Below, one piece after another: positions 1 to 8,162 of a stretch of 20,000 nt of DNA. The notes under the pieces were generated by a model that did not search any database, was not told the DNA's origin, and was given only the letters and a program-made list of their open reading frames with translations. Source of the DNA: an uncultured virus (IMG/VR IMGVR_UViG_3300025879_001642) (lineage: Duplodnaviria > Heunggongvirae > Uroviricota > Caudoviricetes); IMG/VR virus record IMGVR_UViG_3300025879_001642. One strand, 5' to 3'. The position numbers and the translations under genes were made by a program. How positions within the stretch are numbered: position 1 is the first letter of the stretch; each line of letters opens with the position of its first letter.

Positions 1-312
1 TTGAGGTATAGACTTATATTGTTTAATCATCCATTGAGTATACTCACCTGTCTTTAAAACGTCTTCAGGGGTTTTTTTGGTGATTGTTTCTTGGTCATAT
101 GTCTGTGTAGACTCTAAACCCTGTATTCTCGATGTAGGGTCATTCGCAACAATAATCATTAATTGATTAGCAGTAAGAGGGGCTTTCTTAACCTTTTTCT
201 TACCTGTCTCTTGATTAACTTTAACGATATCTTTATGTGCATGTGTCTTTAATAAATGCTCCAATCTAGCATCCTCAATAATCATTGATTTAAGTAACTC
301 CTGAAATTTCAT
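1..312 (-). CDS. Hypothetical phage protein, N-terminal part (runs off window start)
   Basis: Hand-translated, not in track: ATG at 312, open to base 1 (MKFQELLKSMIIEDARLEHLLKTHAHK...GEYTQWMIKQYKSIPQ). TATTTATA motif about 19 bp upstream. Confidence 0.8.
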   Translation of the reverse strand, partial: MKFQELLKSMIIEDARLEHLLKTHAHKDIVKVNQETGKKKVKKAPLTANQLMIIVANDPTSRIQGLESTQTYDQETITKKTPEDVLKTGEYTQWMIKQYKSIPQ

Positions 313-330
313 ATATAATCTTTTTACTTA

Positions 331-338
331 TATAAATA
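331..338 (-). promoter_or_regulatory. TATTTATA motif, putative late promoter
   Basis: Plus strand tataaata at 331-338 reads TATTTATA on the sense strand just upstream of ATG 312; the motif recurs at several gene starts. Confidence 0.6.
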
Positions 339-363
339 TAATGACATACTAAAATATCCTATT

Positions 364-1239
364 TTATCCCTTTTCTTCGAGTAAATCCTTTTTTAAGTCA
401 ATACCCTCAATCACTTGGTTAAATTCCCCATAATTCATAATGAGTAATTCACTTGCCTTATTTTGTTTTTTACCTGATACCGCTCCCGCTGATTTAGCAT
501 AGTCTTTAGCCTTCCAACAGAACTTATCATTTGGATATAAATCATCCAACTCTTTAAAGTGATAATATGAAAGACTGAACTTACCCTTAATGTTAGATAA
601 CGACTCCGCCAATCTGTCGTGGTCATCTCTATCAAAATCTTGATTTGAGTAGTAGTCCTCTGTTTTCCAATATGGTGGGTCTAAGTAAAAGTAGGTATCC
701 TCAGCATCATAAGTTTTAATAATATCCTCAAAGTCCATATTATGAACGTGCGTTATCTTATCAAAGTGATTAAAGAACTTTGGATTGTTCAATTTATTTC
801 TAAACGCATTAAACTTTGAATTGTACTTACCCTTTAAGTCTATGAAGTTAGATGTCTCAGGGCGAATACCACTGAAAACTTGGGTAACCACATAAATATA
901 CTCCAATCCTTTTTGGTAATCAGGCTTATCAGGGTCGAAATCAAAGTCTGAGAATGCAGATTTCTGATATTCAACGAAACGGTCTCTCTCCTGAGCGGGA
1001 ATATCCTTAATGTATTCAAAAAACTCTTTATAGTTTTTTACACACGCAAATAAGTTCGCGTTAACTTTATTAAAGTCGTTATAAACCACCCTCTCTAAAT
1101 TAGGGTACTTTGTTAGGTCCATATTGTAGTACACCCAAAAGGCACCACTAAACGGTTCAACATACGTCTTAATATCGGTAGGGATGTATTCCTTTATCCA
1201 CTTACCTATTTTACTCTTACCTCCTATATAACTAAACAT
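364..1239 (-). CDS. D12-class (Dam-like) N6-adenine DNA methyltransferase
   Basis: FSYIGGKS, YVEPFSGA (SAM-binding motif I), NDFN, FYLDPPY (catalytic motif IV), C-terminal ELLIMNY. Start moved from TTG 1290 to ATG 1239 because a promoter occupies 1260-1291. Confidence 0.92.
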   Translation of the reverse strand: MFSYIGGKSKIGKWIKEYIPTDIKTYVEPFSGAFWVYYNMDLTKYPNLERVVYNDFNKVNANLFACVKNYKEFFEYIKDIPAQERDRFVEYQKSAFSDFDFDPDKPDYQKGLEYIYVVTQVFSGIRPETSNFIDLKGKYNSKFNAFRNKLNNPKFFNHFDKITHVHNMDFEDIIKTYDAEDTYFYLDPPYWKTEDYYSNQDFDRDDHDRLAESLSNIKGKFSLSYYHFKELDDLYPNDKFCWKAKDYAKSAGAVSGKKQNKASELLIMNYGEFNQVIEGIDLKKDLLEEKG

Positions 1240-1259
1240 ATCTTTTCTTTTAATTTCTA

Positions 1260-1291
1260 CAAATGTAATATAAAAAATCGTAAAAGGCAAA
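1260..1291 (-). promoter_or_regulatory. Bacteroidota-type -33/-7 promoter
   Basis: Sense strand TTTG-N20-TACATTTG, an exact match to the TTTG / TAnnTTTG consensus, 20 bp upstream of the MTase ATG. Confidence 0.8.
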
Positions 1292-1341
1292 TGTTTTTAG
1301 TGTTAAAATATAAGATTTGACAATTTCAAGTGATAACACTA

Positions 1342-1349
1342 TATTTATA
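1342..1349 (+). promoter_or_regulatory. TATTTATA motif, putative late promoter
   Basis: ATATTTATAA upstream of ATG 1387. Confidence 0.55.
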
Positions 1350-1350
1350 A

Positions 1351-1375
1351 TAAGATAACATTAAGATAACATTAA
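1351..1375 (+). repeat. 11-bp tandem direct repeat
   Basis: TAAGATAACAT TAAGATAACAT TAA between the TATTTATA motif and ATG 1387. Confidence 0.85.
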
Positions 1376-1386
1376 AACTAAAAACT

Positions 1387-1740
1387 ATGAAAATGAAAAG
1401 TTTATTAACAATTTTAGTAGGGTTATTTATTATGACAGTATCTTACGGACAAAGTAAGACTTACTCTGTTGATGAGTATGGTCGTATAACATATACCCTT
1501 ACCGATGATAATGGTAACCTAAAAGAAAAGGGGGAATATCTAAACGGTAAAAAACATGGAACGTGGAAGTCATACCACCCAAACGGTAAAATTCAAGCAA
1601 TAGCAACTTATCGTAATGATAAAAGAGATGGTAGATGGAAATTCTACAAATCAAACGGAGACTTAGAAGCTATTTTAGTATTCGATAACAATAAGAGAGA
1701 AAGAGCCATCGTACATCAAACATTGGTTTATAATTTTTAA
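1387..1740 (+). CDS. Secreted MORN-variant repeat (YwqK-like) protein
   Basis: Signal peptide MKMKSLLTILVGLFIMTVSYGQ; repeats GEYLNGKKHGTWKSYHPNGK and ATYRNDKRDGRWKFYKSNGD. Confidence 0.85.
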   Translation: MKMKSLLTILVGLFIMTVSYGQSKTYSVDEYGRITYTLTDDNGNLKEKGEYLNGKKHGTWKSYHPNGKIQAIATYRNDKRDGRWKFYKSNGDLEAILVFDNNKRERAIVHQTLVYNF

Positions 1741-1759
1741 CTTAACCTAACGTAATGTT

Positions 1760-1795
1760 TAATCCCCTTATTTTTTAATGAGGGGATTATTTTTT
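1760..1795 (+). terminator. Rho-independent terminator
   Basis: TAATCCCCTTATT-TTTT-AATGAGGGGATTA stem (one G-U pair) followed by TTTTTT, 20 bp after stop 1740. Confidence 0.8.
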
Positions 1796-1848
1796 CCCCA
1801 CTATTTACACTAAACTAAATTTATTTATTTTTAATAAAAAACAATACT

Positions 1849-2007
1849 ATGTCTTGCAGTAAATGTAAAAAGAAAGAAGAAAGAGAATTTATCGAAAAAG
1901 AAATTAATCGATTGGAACGACCAGTACAGATATTTGTATTTGCGGGATTAGCACTTACACTATACGGTATTGTATCATTAGTGATTAAAGTTGTCTCCCT
2001 TTTTTAA
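1849..2007 (+). CDS. Small CxxC + single-TM membrane protein (52 aa)
   Basis: Hand-translated, below track cutoff: MSCSKCKKKEEREFIEKEINRLERPVQIFVFAGLALTLYGIVSLVIKVVSLF. A-rich upstream; 3' end overlaps the dnaJ 3' end by 30 bp. Confidence 0.7.
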   Translation: MSCSKCKKKEEREFIEKEINRLERPVQIFVFAGLALTLYGIVSLVIKVVSLF

Positions 2008-2778
2008 TTCCTCTAATAATCTAATCTCTGTGTCCGTTAGTTGTTTCGGACTAATCACCTTAAACTTAATGTATAGGTCTCCCTGACCGTAACTAGTCAT
2101 AAAACCCTTACCTCTAACTCTTATCGGTTGGTCTGGTTGTAAACACGTTGGTGAGTTTACTTTTATCTTAGTTGTAAATAAATCCACAATTACTTCAGTA
2201 CCCAATAACACGTCAATAGGATTTATACTATGGGTATATATAATATCATTACCGTACTTTTCGTAAACACCGTCACTCTCAATACTAATAATAACGATTA
2301 GGTCACCTGTGAATCTCTGACCCTCATTACCACCACCACGAACTCTAAACATATTACCGTCATCACAATTGCTTGGGATGTTAATTTTTATAGTTCTTAA
2401 TTCTTCTCTACCCTGAAGGTCTTTTCGGTAATACCTTATCTCTTTATCTAAACCTAAAACACAATCCTTAACCGTAATAGATAAGTCTATTTTAATATCT
2501 GACCCTCTTAAGTTCGCATTCCTTCTCTGAGACCTAAAGATATCCTCACCAAAATGTTGTCCGAAGAAATCTGAGAAGTTAATTTTTGGGGTGTCGTACT
2601 CTCTTCTCTTATTCTCATCACCTAAAACACTATACGCCTCATTAATCTTTTTAAACATTTCATCGTTACCATCATTAATATCTGGATGGTATTTTTTGGA
2701 CAACTGTCTGTACATCTTTTTGATGTCGTCTTGACTCGCCTGTTTACTTATTCCTAAAATGTCGTAATAATTATTCAT
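1978..2778 (-). CDS. dnaJ: DnaJ/Hsp40 co-chaperone without zinc finger (class B / CbpA-like)
   Basis: NYYDILG...KYHPD...FKKINEAYSVLGD J-domain, short F/G-rich segment, C-terminal domains (GDLIVII, GKG...GDLYI); no CxxCxGxG repeats. Confidence 0.92.
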   Translation of the reverse strand: MNNYYDILGISKQASQDDIKKMYRQLSKKYHPDINDGNDEMFKKINEAYSVLGDENKRREYDTPKINFSDFFGQHFGEDIFRSQRRNANLRGSDIKIDLSITVKDCVLGLDKEIRYYRKDLQGREELRTIKINIPSNCDDGNMFRVRGGGNEGQRFTGDLIVIISIESDGVYEKYGNDIIYTHSINPIDVLLGTEVIVDLFTTKIKVNSPTCLQPDQPIRVRGKGFMTSYGQGDLYIKFKVISPKQLTDTEIRLLEELKKGDNFNH

Positions 2779-3414
2779 ATGGGTAAAGATAAAAAATATA
2801 TTATAGTCCTTTTCTCTAATCGAAAAAAACGTAGAGTATTGTTTAAATCTAACAACCTAAACAACACTAAGAAGAAATATAAAGAATTTTTAGAAAAAGA
2901 AAAACCTTTGTTTCCTCAAGTTTTTAGGAATAAGACAAAAGTAAACTATGAGGTCGCTATTGTTACCACTGTAAACCATAATATCCCAGAACTTTTTACT
3001 AAGGATGATATTGGTAGGATAAACAAAGCAGAGTTTCAATCTGACGTACATTACTTCTTAGATATACAACCGTATGAAATTTCTGAGAAACTATGGGATT
3101 TTCAAGATGATATATATATTGACGCGGAAACTCTATACTCCAAAATTAAAAAAGGTAACCTATTCAAACAGGTATTCACCCTTAATAATAAAATATTTGT
3201 TCAAATTGATGATAAAGTTAAAGGATACGGTTTAAAGAATATCGAAGACTGTCAAAGACTATTCAATATATTAAGGAATCATTCTATTGATGAATCATTA
3301 GGAAATATTATGTATGTTCAGGATATATCAACCGCACAAAGAAAAGACCTGTACATTCTATTGCAAAAAAATGGATTCCCGAAGGAATCCTTGTATCGTC
3401 ACTATTCGTATTAA
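2779..3414 (+). CDS. Hypothetical basic protein
   Basis: 211-aa ORF filling the gap between dnaJ and a convergent gene cluster; no motif recognised. Confidence 0.8.
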   Translation: MGKDKKYIIVLFSNRKKRRVLFKSNNLNNTKKKYKEFLEKEKPLFPQVFRNKTKVNYEVAIVTTVNHNIPELFTKDDIGRINKAEFQSDVHYFLDIQPYEISEKLWDFQDDIYIDAETLYSKIKKGNLFKQVFTLNNKIFVQIDDKVKGYGLKNIEDCQRLFNILRNHSIDESLGNIMYVQDISTAQRKDLYILLQKNGFPKESLYRHYSY

Positions 3415-3644
3415 CTTCTTTTGAAGGTAAACTCAATTCCCGATATATTTAACTTAAACGTTTTTTTAGGTATTTGTAAGAATCCTCTCCTCTTTATCAC
3501 TTTTTCGTGTAACTCATCAAATTCTTCTGAAGGTAAATCAAATTCAACCGTTACATTGTTAGACTCTAAATTTACATTGTCCAACAATTCAGATATAATA
3601 CCTAATTGGTTCATTACATCCCCAACACCTTTTTTAATCTCCAT
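3411..3644 (-). CDS. Hypothetical protein
   Basis: 77-aa ORF in a tightly packed minus-strand cluster; alternative start at 3614 (TAATG overlap). Confidence 0.7.
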   Translation of the reverse strand: MEIKKGVGDVMNQLGIISELLDNVNLESNNVTVEFDLPSEEFDELHEKVIKRRGFLQIPKKTFKLNISGIEFTFKRS

Positions 3645-3799
3645 ATTACACCTTTATTTTCAGTTGTTTTAGTAGTTATTGTATTACCAATGTCTTCCCT
3701 ATTTAACGAGGTGATTTCATTGATTAACTTATTTTTGTGTTTTTTAACTTCAACACTATCCTTGACTACTTGTCTCTCCAACCAATTCTTGTCCTTCAT
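3614..3799 (-). CDS. Hypothetical protein
   Basis: 61-aa ORF overlapping both neighbours in the same cluster. Confidence 0.65.
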   Translation of the reverse strand: MKDKNWLERQVVKDSVEVKKHKNKLINEITSLNREDIGNTITTKTTENKGVIWRLKKVLGM

Positions 3800-4202
3800 T
3801 TAATTCGATTTCTTCAGTGTTAGTCCCTTCTTCGTTAACCTCAAAATGTAAATCCTTTAATTTATTCAATTCTGTGGTTTCAAACCTTCTCTTTAATTCG
3901 ATAATTTTTTCCTGTAATAATCTATCTTTTTCCTCTCTCTCTTCATTGTTAGTGATAACCTTTAGAATGGTATTAACCGCCAATTGAACGTGAATAGACT
4001 CACTCTTAGAATAGAAAGATAAGTATCTTTTATTACCCTTAACTCCGTTATCTTTTACTCCGATATCTCCTTTAACACTTACAACCTCATCTTTATAGGT
4101 CCATTGTGTTGGTAATGTTACGTCAATGATAAAAAATGACTGATGCTTTCTAATCGCATGGAAAAAAGGTTCCATCAATTCTATGTTTTCGTATAATGTC
4201 AT
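3756..4202 (-). CDS. Hypothetical protein with C-terminal coiled coil
   Basis: Start revised to ATG 4202 (MTLYENIE...), which forms an ATGA overlap with the upstream small ORF. Confidence 0.8.
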   Translation of the reverse strand: MTLYENIELMEPFFHAIRKHQSFFIIDVTLPTQWTYKDEVVSVKGDIGVKDNGVKGNKRYLSFYSKSESIHVQLAVNTILKVITNNEEREEKDRLLQEKIIELKRRFETTELNKLKDLHFEVNEEGTNTEEIELNEGQELVGETSSQG

Positions 4203-4375
4203 AATAGTATATATGTTAAAATGTATGATATTGTAGAACCCCAAATAATCTTTTCTCTCCAATCAATAATGAACGGTTGAGGTGGTGTTTTCATAAAACT
4301 TCTTACAATCCTTAATATAATATCAACATTATGGAATATTGATAAGAAAAATATAAATAATTCTAATTCTTTCAT
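4199..4375 (-). CDS. Small hydrophobic protein, probably 2 TM (58 aa)
   Basis: Hand-translated: MKELELFIFFLSIFHNVDIILRIVRSFMKTPPQPFIIDWREKIIWGSTISYILTYILL. Starts 2 bp after the Hc1 stop and ends in an ATGA overlap. Confidence 0.7.
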   Translation of the reverse strand: MKELELFIFFLSIFHNVDIILRIVRSFMKTPPQPFIIDWREKIIWGSTISYILTYILL

Positions 4376-4377
4376 TC

Positions 4378-4551
4378 TTATTTTTTTGTTGCGTCTAACA
4401 CTTCTTTTCTTAAGTCCTGTAATAACTGTTTGATTTCCTGAGCAGTTTTTCTTGCTCGGGTAGCAGCACTTTTATTTCCCTTATCAATCGCCTTTTGTGA
4501 ATCAACAGACAATAATTCAGTCAATTCTTTTATTTTAGATAATGTATCCAT
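4378..4551 (-). CDS. Histone H1-like / Hc1-family small basic protein (57 aa)
   Basis: Hand-translated: MDTLSKIKELTELLSVDSQKAIDKGNKSAATRARKTAQEIKQLLQDLRKEVLDATKK. GNKxAxTRARK is the Hc1-like family signature. Confidence 0.85.
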   Translation of the reverse strand: MDTLSKIKELTELLSVDSQKAIDKGNKSAATRARKTAQEIKQLLQDLRKEVLDATKK

Positions 4552-4579
4552 ATTTAATTAATTGTGATTCTTAATAGTT

Positions 4580-4609
4580 TAAATGTAATAATTTTAAACC
4601 TTATGTCAA
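4580..4609 (-). promoter_or_regulatory. Bacteroidota-like promoter
   Basis: Sense strand TTG-N19-TACATTTA upstream of the Hc1-like gene. Confidence 0.6.
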
Positions 4610-5076
4610 GTCTTTAACGCATTTTCGAGTATTTTGTATAAATCAGTATACATATCTAACTCACTCTTAGTCTTCTTACCTTTAAGATTAAAAAGACTTT
4701 TAAAAAATATTTTAATATTGTCGACAGACTCTCTAGTTTCTTCAAAGTAGAATGCGTCGTCAAAGAACGACCAAAAATAATCGTAATGCTGACCCTTACT
4801 AGAAAAGTTTATGTTTTCTTTCTCAAAGTCTTCTATGACTTTACTGAAGCACCAGTTAAAGTGTCCTTGTTTATCCTCATCGGTAAACACGACATCATCC
4901 CCTAAGTAAGTCATTTCGACTAAACTATATAGGGTTAAAACAAAATCATAAAATAAATCAGAATATTCTGGTATTATGTTATTTGCCTTTAACCAAACTT
5001 CTATTTGATTTTCGTTCATCGGTTGGGTTAAGTACCCGTAAAACTCACTAACTAAAAAGTTTTCATTTCTCTCCAT
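4606..5076 (-). CDS. Hypothetical aromatic-rich helical protein
   Basis: 156-aa ORF; no motif recognised. Confidence 0.8.
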   Translation of the reverse strand: MERNENFLVSEFYGYLTQPMNENQIEVWLKANNIIPEYSDLFYDFVLTLYSLVEMTYLGDDVVFTDEDKQGHFNWCFSKVIEDFEKENINFSSKGQHYDYFWSFFDDAFYFEETRESVDNIKIFFKSLFNLKGKKTKSELDMYTDLYKILENALKT

Positions 5077-5079
5077 AAG

Positions 5080-5110
5080 GAAAGGTAAATCAACTTATAA
5101 AGATATTCAA
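5080..5110 (-). promoter_or_regulatory. Bacteroidota-like promoter, possibly giving a leaderless mRNA
   Basis: Sense strand TTG-N20-TACCTTTC-CTT-ATG. Confidence 0.5.
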
Positions 5111-5113
5111 GTA

Positions 5114-6037
5114 TTACTGAGTCTTTTTAGTATAATCAACAAGTTTTTTCATTTTTTTCATATCTGAAATAACTTTGTCGTTAATCATCGACTCATTCAC
5201 TGTCTCAACTTTCTGAGGAAAAGTATTATACCCTTTTTTCTTTTCTTTCGCTAAACCTTCTCTCTTACGAGTTTTGTTAACTTTTTCACCTGTCTCGGTT
5301 GGTACTACATTCCCTAACGGTTCACCGAATACGTCGAATTGAGCGTTTCCTTGAGTGGAATCTCCTTTAAGTTGTTTTTCTGTTTTTTCTTCAAAATTTT
5401 CAGGAGTTCTGTCATATTCTAAAGCTTGCATTCCACCTTTCATATCCTCAATGAATTCAAGCTCCTCATCTTTTTCAACTCTCTCCCCTTTTATTTCACC
5501 ACCAGTTTGTATTGGGAATTCATTACCTGTATTACCTTCGATGTCAGTATACTCCTTCATCTTTTTGGTAACCAAGTCATTGTTATCTTTGTTATGTTTA
5601 CCTGATTCTTTGTGTGACTTCTTATATGTGTCAATACCAGGTACGTTTTGTTCTGAAACTAATTTTTCTACCAATTCTATTAAATCAGATTCTGTAAGTC
5701 TTAAAACTTTCTTAGTTGATTCTTTAACAGGGTACGTTTTTCCGTCAACATCAAATTCTTCTTCTCCTGCTTCTTTCGCTTTAGAAAGTGCGTCTGTGAA
5801 TTTATTTCCTTCTTCAACGTCTGTTTCTGATTCGCTAACAGGACATTTACATTCAGTTTCGTTTAAACCACATGACTCACAAACCGCTACTTCAGATTCG
5901 TTAATTCCACATTGGCATTCACCTGACTTGCACTTATCACAACCGCCTTCAGTTATATTCATCGCTTTAAGGACTTCTTCCTTAACAACGCTCTCTATCA
6001 ATTTTCCTATTTCAGTATTAATCTTACTCAATTTCAT
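5114..6037 (-). CDS. Acidic putative internal head/scaffold-like virion protein with two Cys clusters
   Basis: E/K-rich; CDKCKSGECQC and CESCGLNETECKC; GNKFTDALSKAKEAGEEEFDVDGKTYPV segment; internal LRLTESDLIELVEKLVSEQ; TATTTATA upstream. The virion role is inferred. Confidence 0.6.
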   Translation of the reverse strand: MKLSKINTEIGKLIESVVKEEVLKAMNITEGGCDKCKSGECQCGINESEVAVCESCGLNETECKCPVSESETDVEEGNKFTDALSKAKEAGEEEFDVDGKTYPVKESTKKVLRLTESDLIELVEKLVSEQNVPGIDTYKKSHKESGKHNKDNNDLVTKKMKEYTDIEGNTGNEFPIQTGGEIKGERVEKDEELEFIEDMKGGMQALEYDRTPENFEEKTEKQLKGDSTQGNAQFDVFGEPLGNVVPTETGEKVNKTRKREGLAKEKKKGYNTFPQKVETVNESMINDKVISDMKKMKKLVDYTKKTQ

Positions 6038-6053
6038 TTTAATGGTCTTTAGT

Positions 6054-6061
6054 TATAAATA
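6054..6061 (-). promoter_or_regulatory. TATTTATA motif, putative late promoter
   Basis: Sense strand GATATTTATAACTAAAGACCATTAAAATG. Confidence 0.6.
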
Positions 6062-6072
6062 TCACAGAACCT

Positions 6073-7902
6073 TTATTTGTCTGTGTTTTTATTATTTTTT
6101 TCAGCCTTATCCATTCTTTCCTGGTTAGTCTGTTTCATTCTTTCTCTAAAAAGTGATTCTTCTAAATCGTTTAAAATAATCGACTTTACTTTTAATGGGT
6201 CTTCCCCCATATCCTTAGCTACTTTATCAGCCATCTTAGAATACTTACCGTCTTCGAATAATTCCAAAGCCTTAATGTCCCCCTGATTACAATATGGGTA
6301 AGTCTTACACTTATCCTTTATCTTTACAAATTTACCGTTCGGTATTTGTGTTTTGGCAGCTCCTCTATGATTCTTAGCATCTTTAGCTAAGAAAAATGGT
6401 GTCTCATAAGAACCTGAACTACTCGATAATGTAGCCTCCTTTGTATCCATCTTAACTGTTTCTTCAGATAATTTAGATAATTCAGTTGCCGTCTCAATAC
6501 CCACTATACCATCAACCTTTAGTTTCTTATCTTTCTGAAACTTACTCACTGCCGACTTAGTTTCAGGACCGTACTGACCGTCAATACCTTTTTTAGGTAA
6601 ATCATACCCATTAGACATTAAAGTCGATTGTAGGTCATTTACTCCCTCACCACTAGACCCTACGGCTAATAGTTGAGAGTTATCTCCGTTATCAACAATA
6701 TCTTTTATTGTTAGGTTCTGTTTAACTATATTAGTTTTTTTCTTACCTGTCGAGACTTTTTGATTATTTTCTCCCTCAGTATTTGAAACGTGTAAATGAT
6801 TTTTGTGTGAACCATCATTCATATACCATAACACTGCCTTAGGGTTTCTACTTCCCTCCGCATTACGATTATATCCTAACTTTTCTAATTCAGAACATAG
6901 TCTATCTCCCGCAACTTTAAAACCTTTAGGGTTATCTTTGTAACTCATCGGTTTTGTCTCATTTGAGTTTTCTAAATCTTGTAATCTAGAAACATCAACC
7001 GCTAATCCCCTATAGTGTCTACTAACATTTCCTGACTTTGTCATCTTACCGTGACCTGATGTCCCGTAAGTAATCTCCGCTTTAACATTAGCTCTGTCAG
7101 CAGCAATTCCTATATCATCCACTAAATCTTTATTAGTATAATCATCTTCCGCTCTACCACTAACATCAAGATTTGGTAAACTTTCGTCACCAATTCTCAT
7201 CATTACCTCATCAACATCACCTCTTAGGTCTTCATCTCTGTCGATAACTTTTTTTAATATACGATTCATTACATCCGTTGTCAAACCTTCGGTCTCACCA
7301 TTTGGATTATCGTCAGACTTTAATTGAGGAGAGAATCCCATTCCCTCATCTAAATCACTTTCTTTCTCACTAACAGTATATGGTTTAATATTCCCCATCG
7401 GTCTTTTAATGACCTGAGTTTTCTTAGTTGATGGTGATACGAATAATGGACCTAAGAAAGACCCACCTGACGCGGCACCTGTAACTTCAGTCAACTCATC
7501 AACCGCATTATCAATCGCATCAATTCTATCATTGAAATCATTAGGGGTGAAACTCTTTATACGACTTTCAATATCCACCTTAGTTTGATTCAATAGTTTT
7601 AAAATCTCTGGTAATTGTTTTACCTTAATTTTTGGTAACTCCTTAAGTATTGATGATACAAACTTCTTAGTTATTTTCTCAATTCTCTTTTTAGGGTTTG
7701 AAAATGGGTTTAATGAAATCTCATCAATATCACCTTCGATACTCATCGCTTCATCCAACGCATCTAAAACATTTTGTTTACCGTATTTCTTTTTACCCTC
7801 AATCATAGATAACATCTTTGACGTATCCGTAGATTTATTAATATGATTTACTGACGACATGTTTTTAACTGTTGCCGATTTGATATCGTTAGTTAGACTC
7901 AT
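6073..7902 (-). CDS. Putative virion protein with M15-like (LAS) zinc peptidase and peptidoglycan-binding domain
   Basis: SRHYRGLAVDV (H-x6-D) and HKNHLHVS (HxH) zinc ligands; PG_binding_1-like LAVGSSGEGVNDLQSTL...IDGQYGPETKSAVSKFQKDKKLKVDGIVGIETATEL. Confidence 0.8.
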   Translation of the reverse strand: MSLTNDIKSATVKNMSSVNHINKSTDTSKMLSMIEGKKKYGKQNVLDALDEAMSIEGDIDEISLNPFSNPKKRIEKITKKFVSSILKELPKIKVKQLPEILKLLNQTKVDIESRIKSFTPNDFNDRIDAIDNAVDELTEVTGAASGGSFLGPLFVSPSTKKTQVIKRPMGNIKPYTVSEKESDLDEGMGFSPQLKSDDNPNGETEGLTTDVMNRILKKVIDRDEDLRGDVDEVMMRIGDESLPNLDVSGRAEDDYTNKDLVDDIGIAADRANVKAEITYGTSGHGKMTKSGNVSRHYRGLAVDVSRLQDLENSNETKPMSYKDNPKGFKVAGDRLCSELEKLGYNRNAEGSRNPKAVLWYMNDGSHKNHLHVSNTEGENNQKVSTGKKKTNIVKQNLTIKDIVDNGDNSQLLAVGSSGEGVNDLQSTLMSNGYDLPKKGIDGQYGPETKSAVSKFQKDKKLKVDGIVGIETATELSKLSEETVKMDTKEATLSSSSGSYETPFFLAKDAKNHRGAAKTQIPNGKFVKIKDKCKTYPYCNQGDIKALELFEDGKYSKMADKVAKDMGEDPLKVKSIILNDLEESLFRERMKQTNQERMDKAEKNNKNTDK

Positions 7903-8150
7903 TACGTTCTTATATTTTTAACTGGTTGTTCCCAGAAATTACGTCTCATCCATAGTTGTCTAAATAACTCAACCAATGCCTTTGACGAAATATCCACAAC
8001 ATCTTTTTTATTTACAACACCCTGTTTTTTTAACTCTTCTTCTACTGTTTTTAAAACAATTTTTTGTGCCTTTGTACTGTCCATAAAGTCTTTAATCTCT
8101 TTACGAACTATTCTTTCTATTTTTTGTGTATCTGTTTTAGTTAGTGCCAT
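7902..8150 (-). CDS. Hypothetical basic protein
   Basis: 82-aa ORF with TAATG overlap to the downstream gene; TATTTATA 4 bp upstream of ATG. Confidence 0.8.
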   Translation of the reverse strand: MALTKTDTQKIERIVRKEIKDFMDSTKAQKIVLKTVEEELKKQGVVNKKDVVDISSKALVELFRQLWMRRNFWEQPVKNIRT

Positions 8151-8154
8151 ATCT

Positions 8155-8162
8155 TATAAATA
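8155..8162 (-). promoter_or_regulatory. TATTTATA motif, putative late promoter
   Basis: Sense strand TAA-TATTTATA-AGAT-ATG; the motif fills most of a 12-bp intergenic gap. Confidence 0.6.

Noticed and set aside
364..1740. Restriction-modification or toxin-antitoxin pair (MTase + YwqK-like gene)
   Set aside because: No nuclease or toxin gene adjacent; the genes are divergent with different promoter classes.
4352..4359. TATTTATA (minus strand) inside the 58-aa ORF
   Set aside because: Within coding sequence (L-F-I codons) and about 150 bp from the next ATG; plausible by chance in AT-rich DNA.
5355..6128. 257-aa plus-strand ORF
   Set aside because: Ser/Leu/Phe-rich antisense shadow of the E/K-rich minus-strand gene; no start context.
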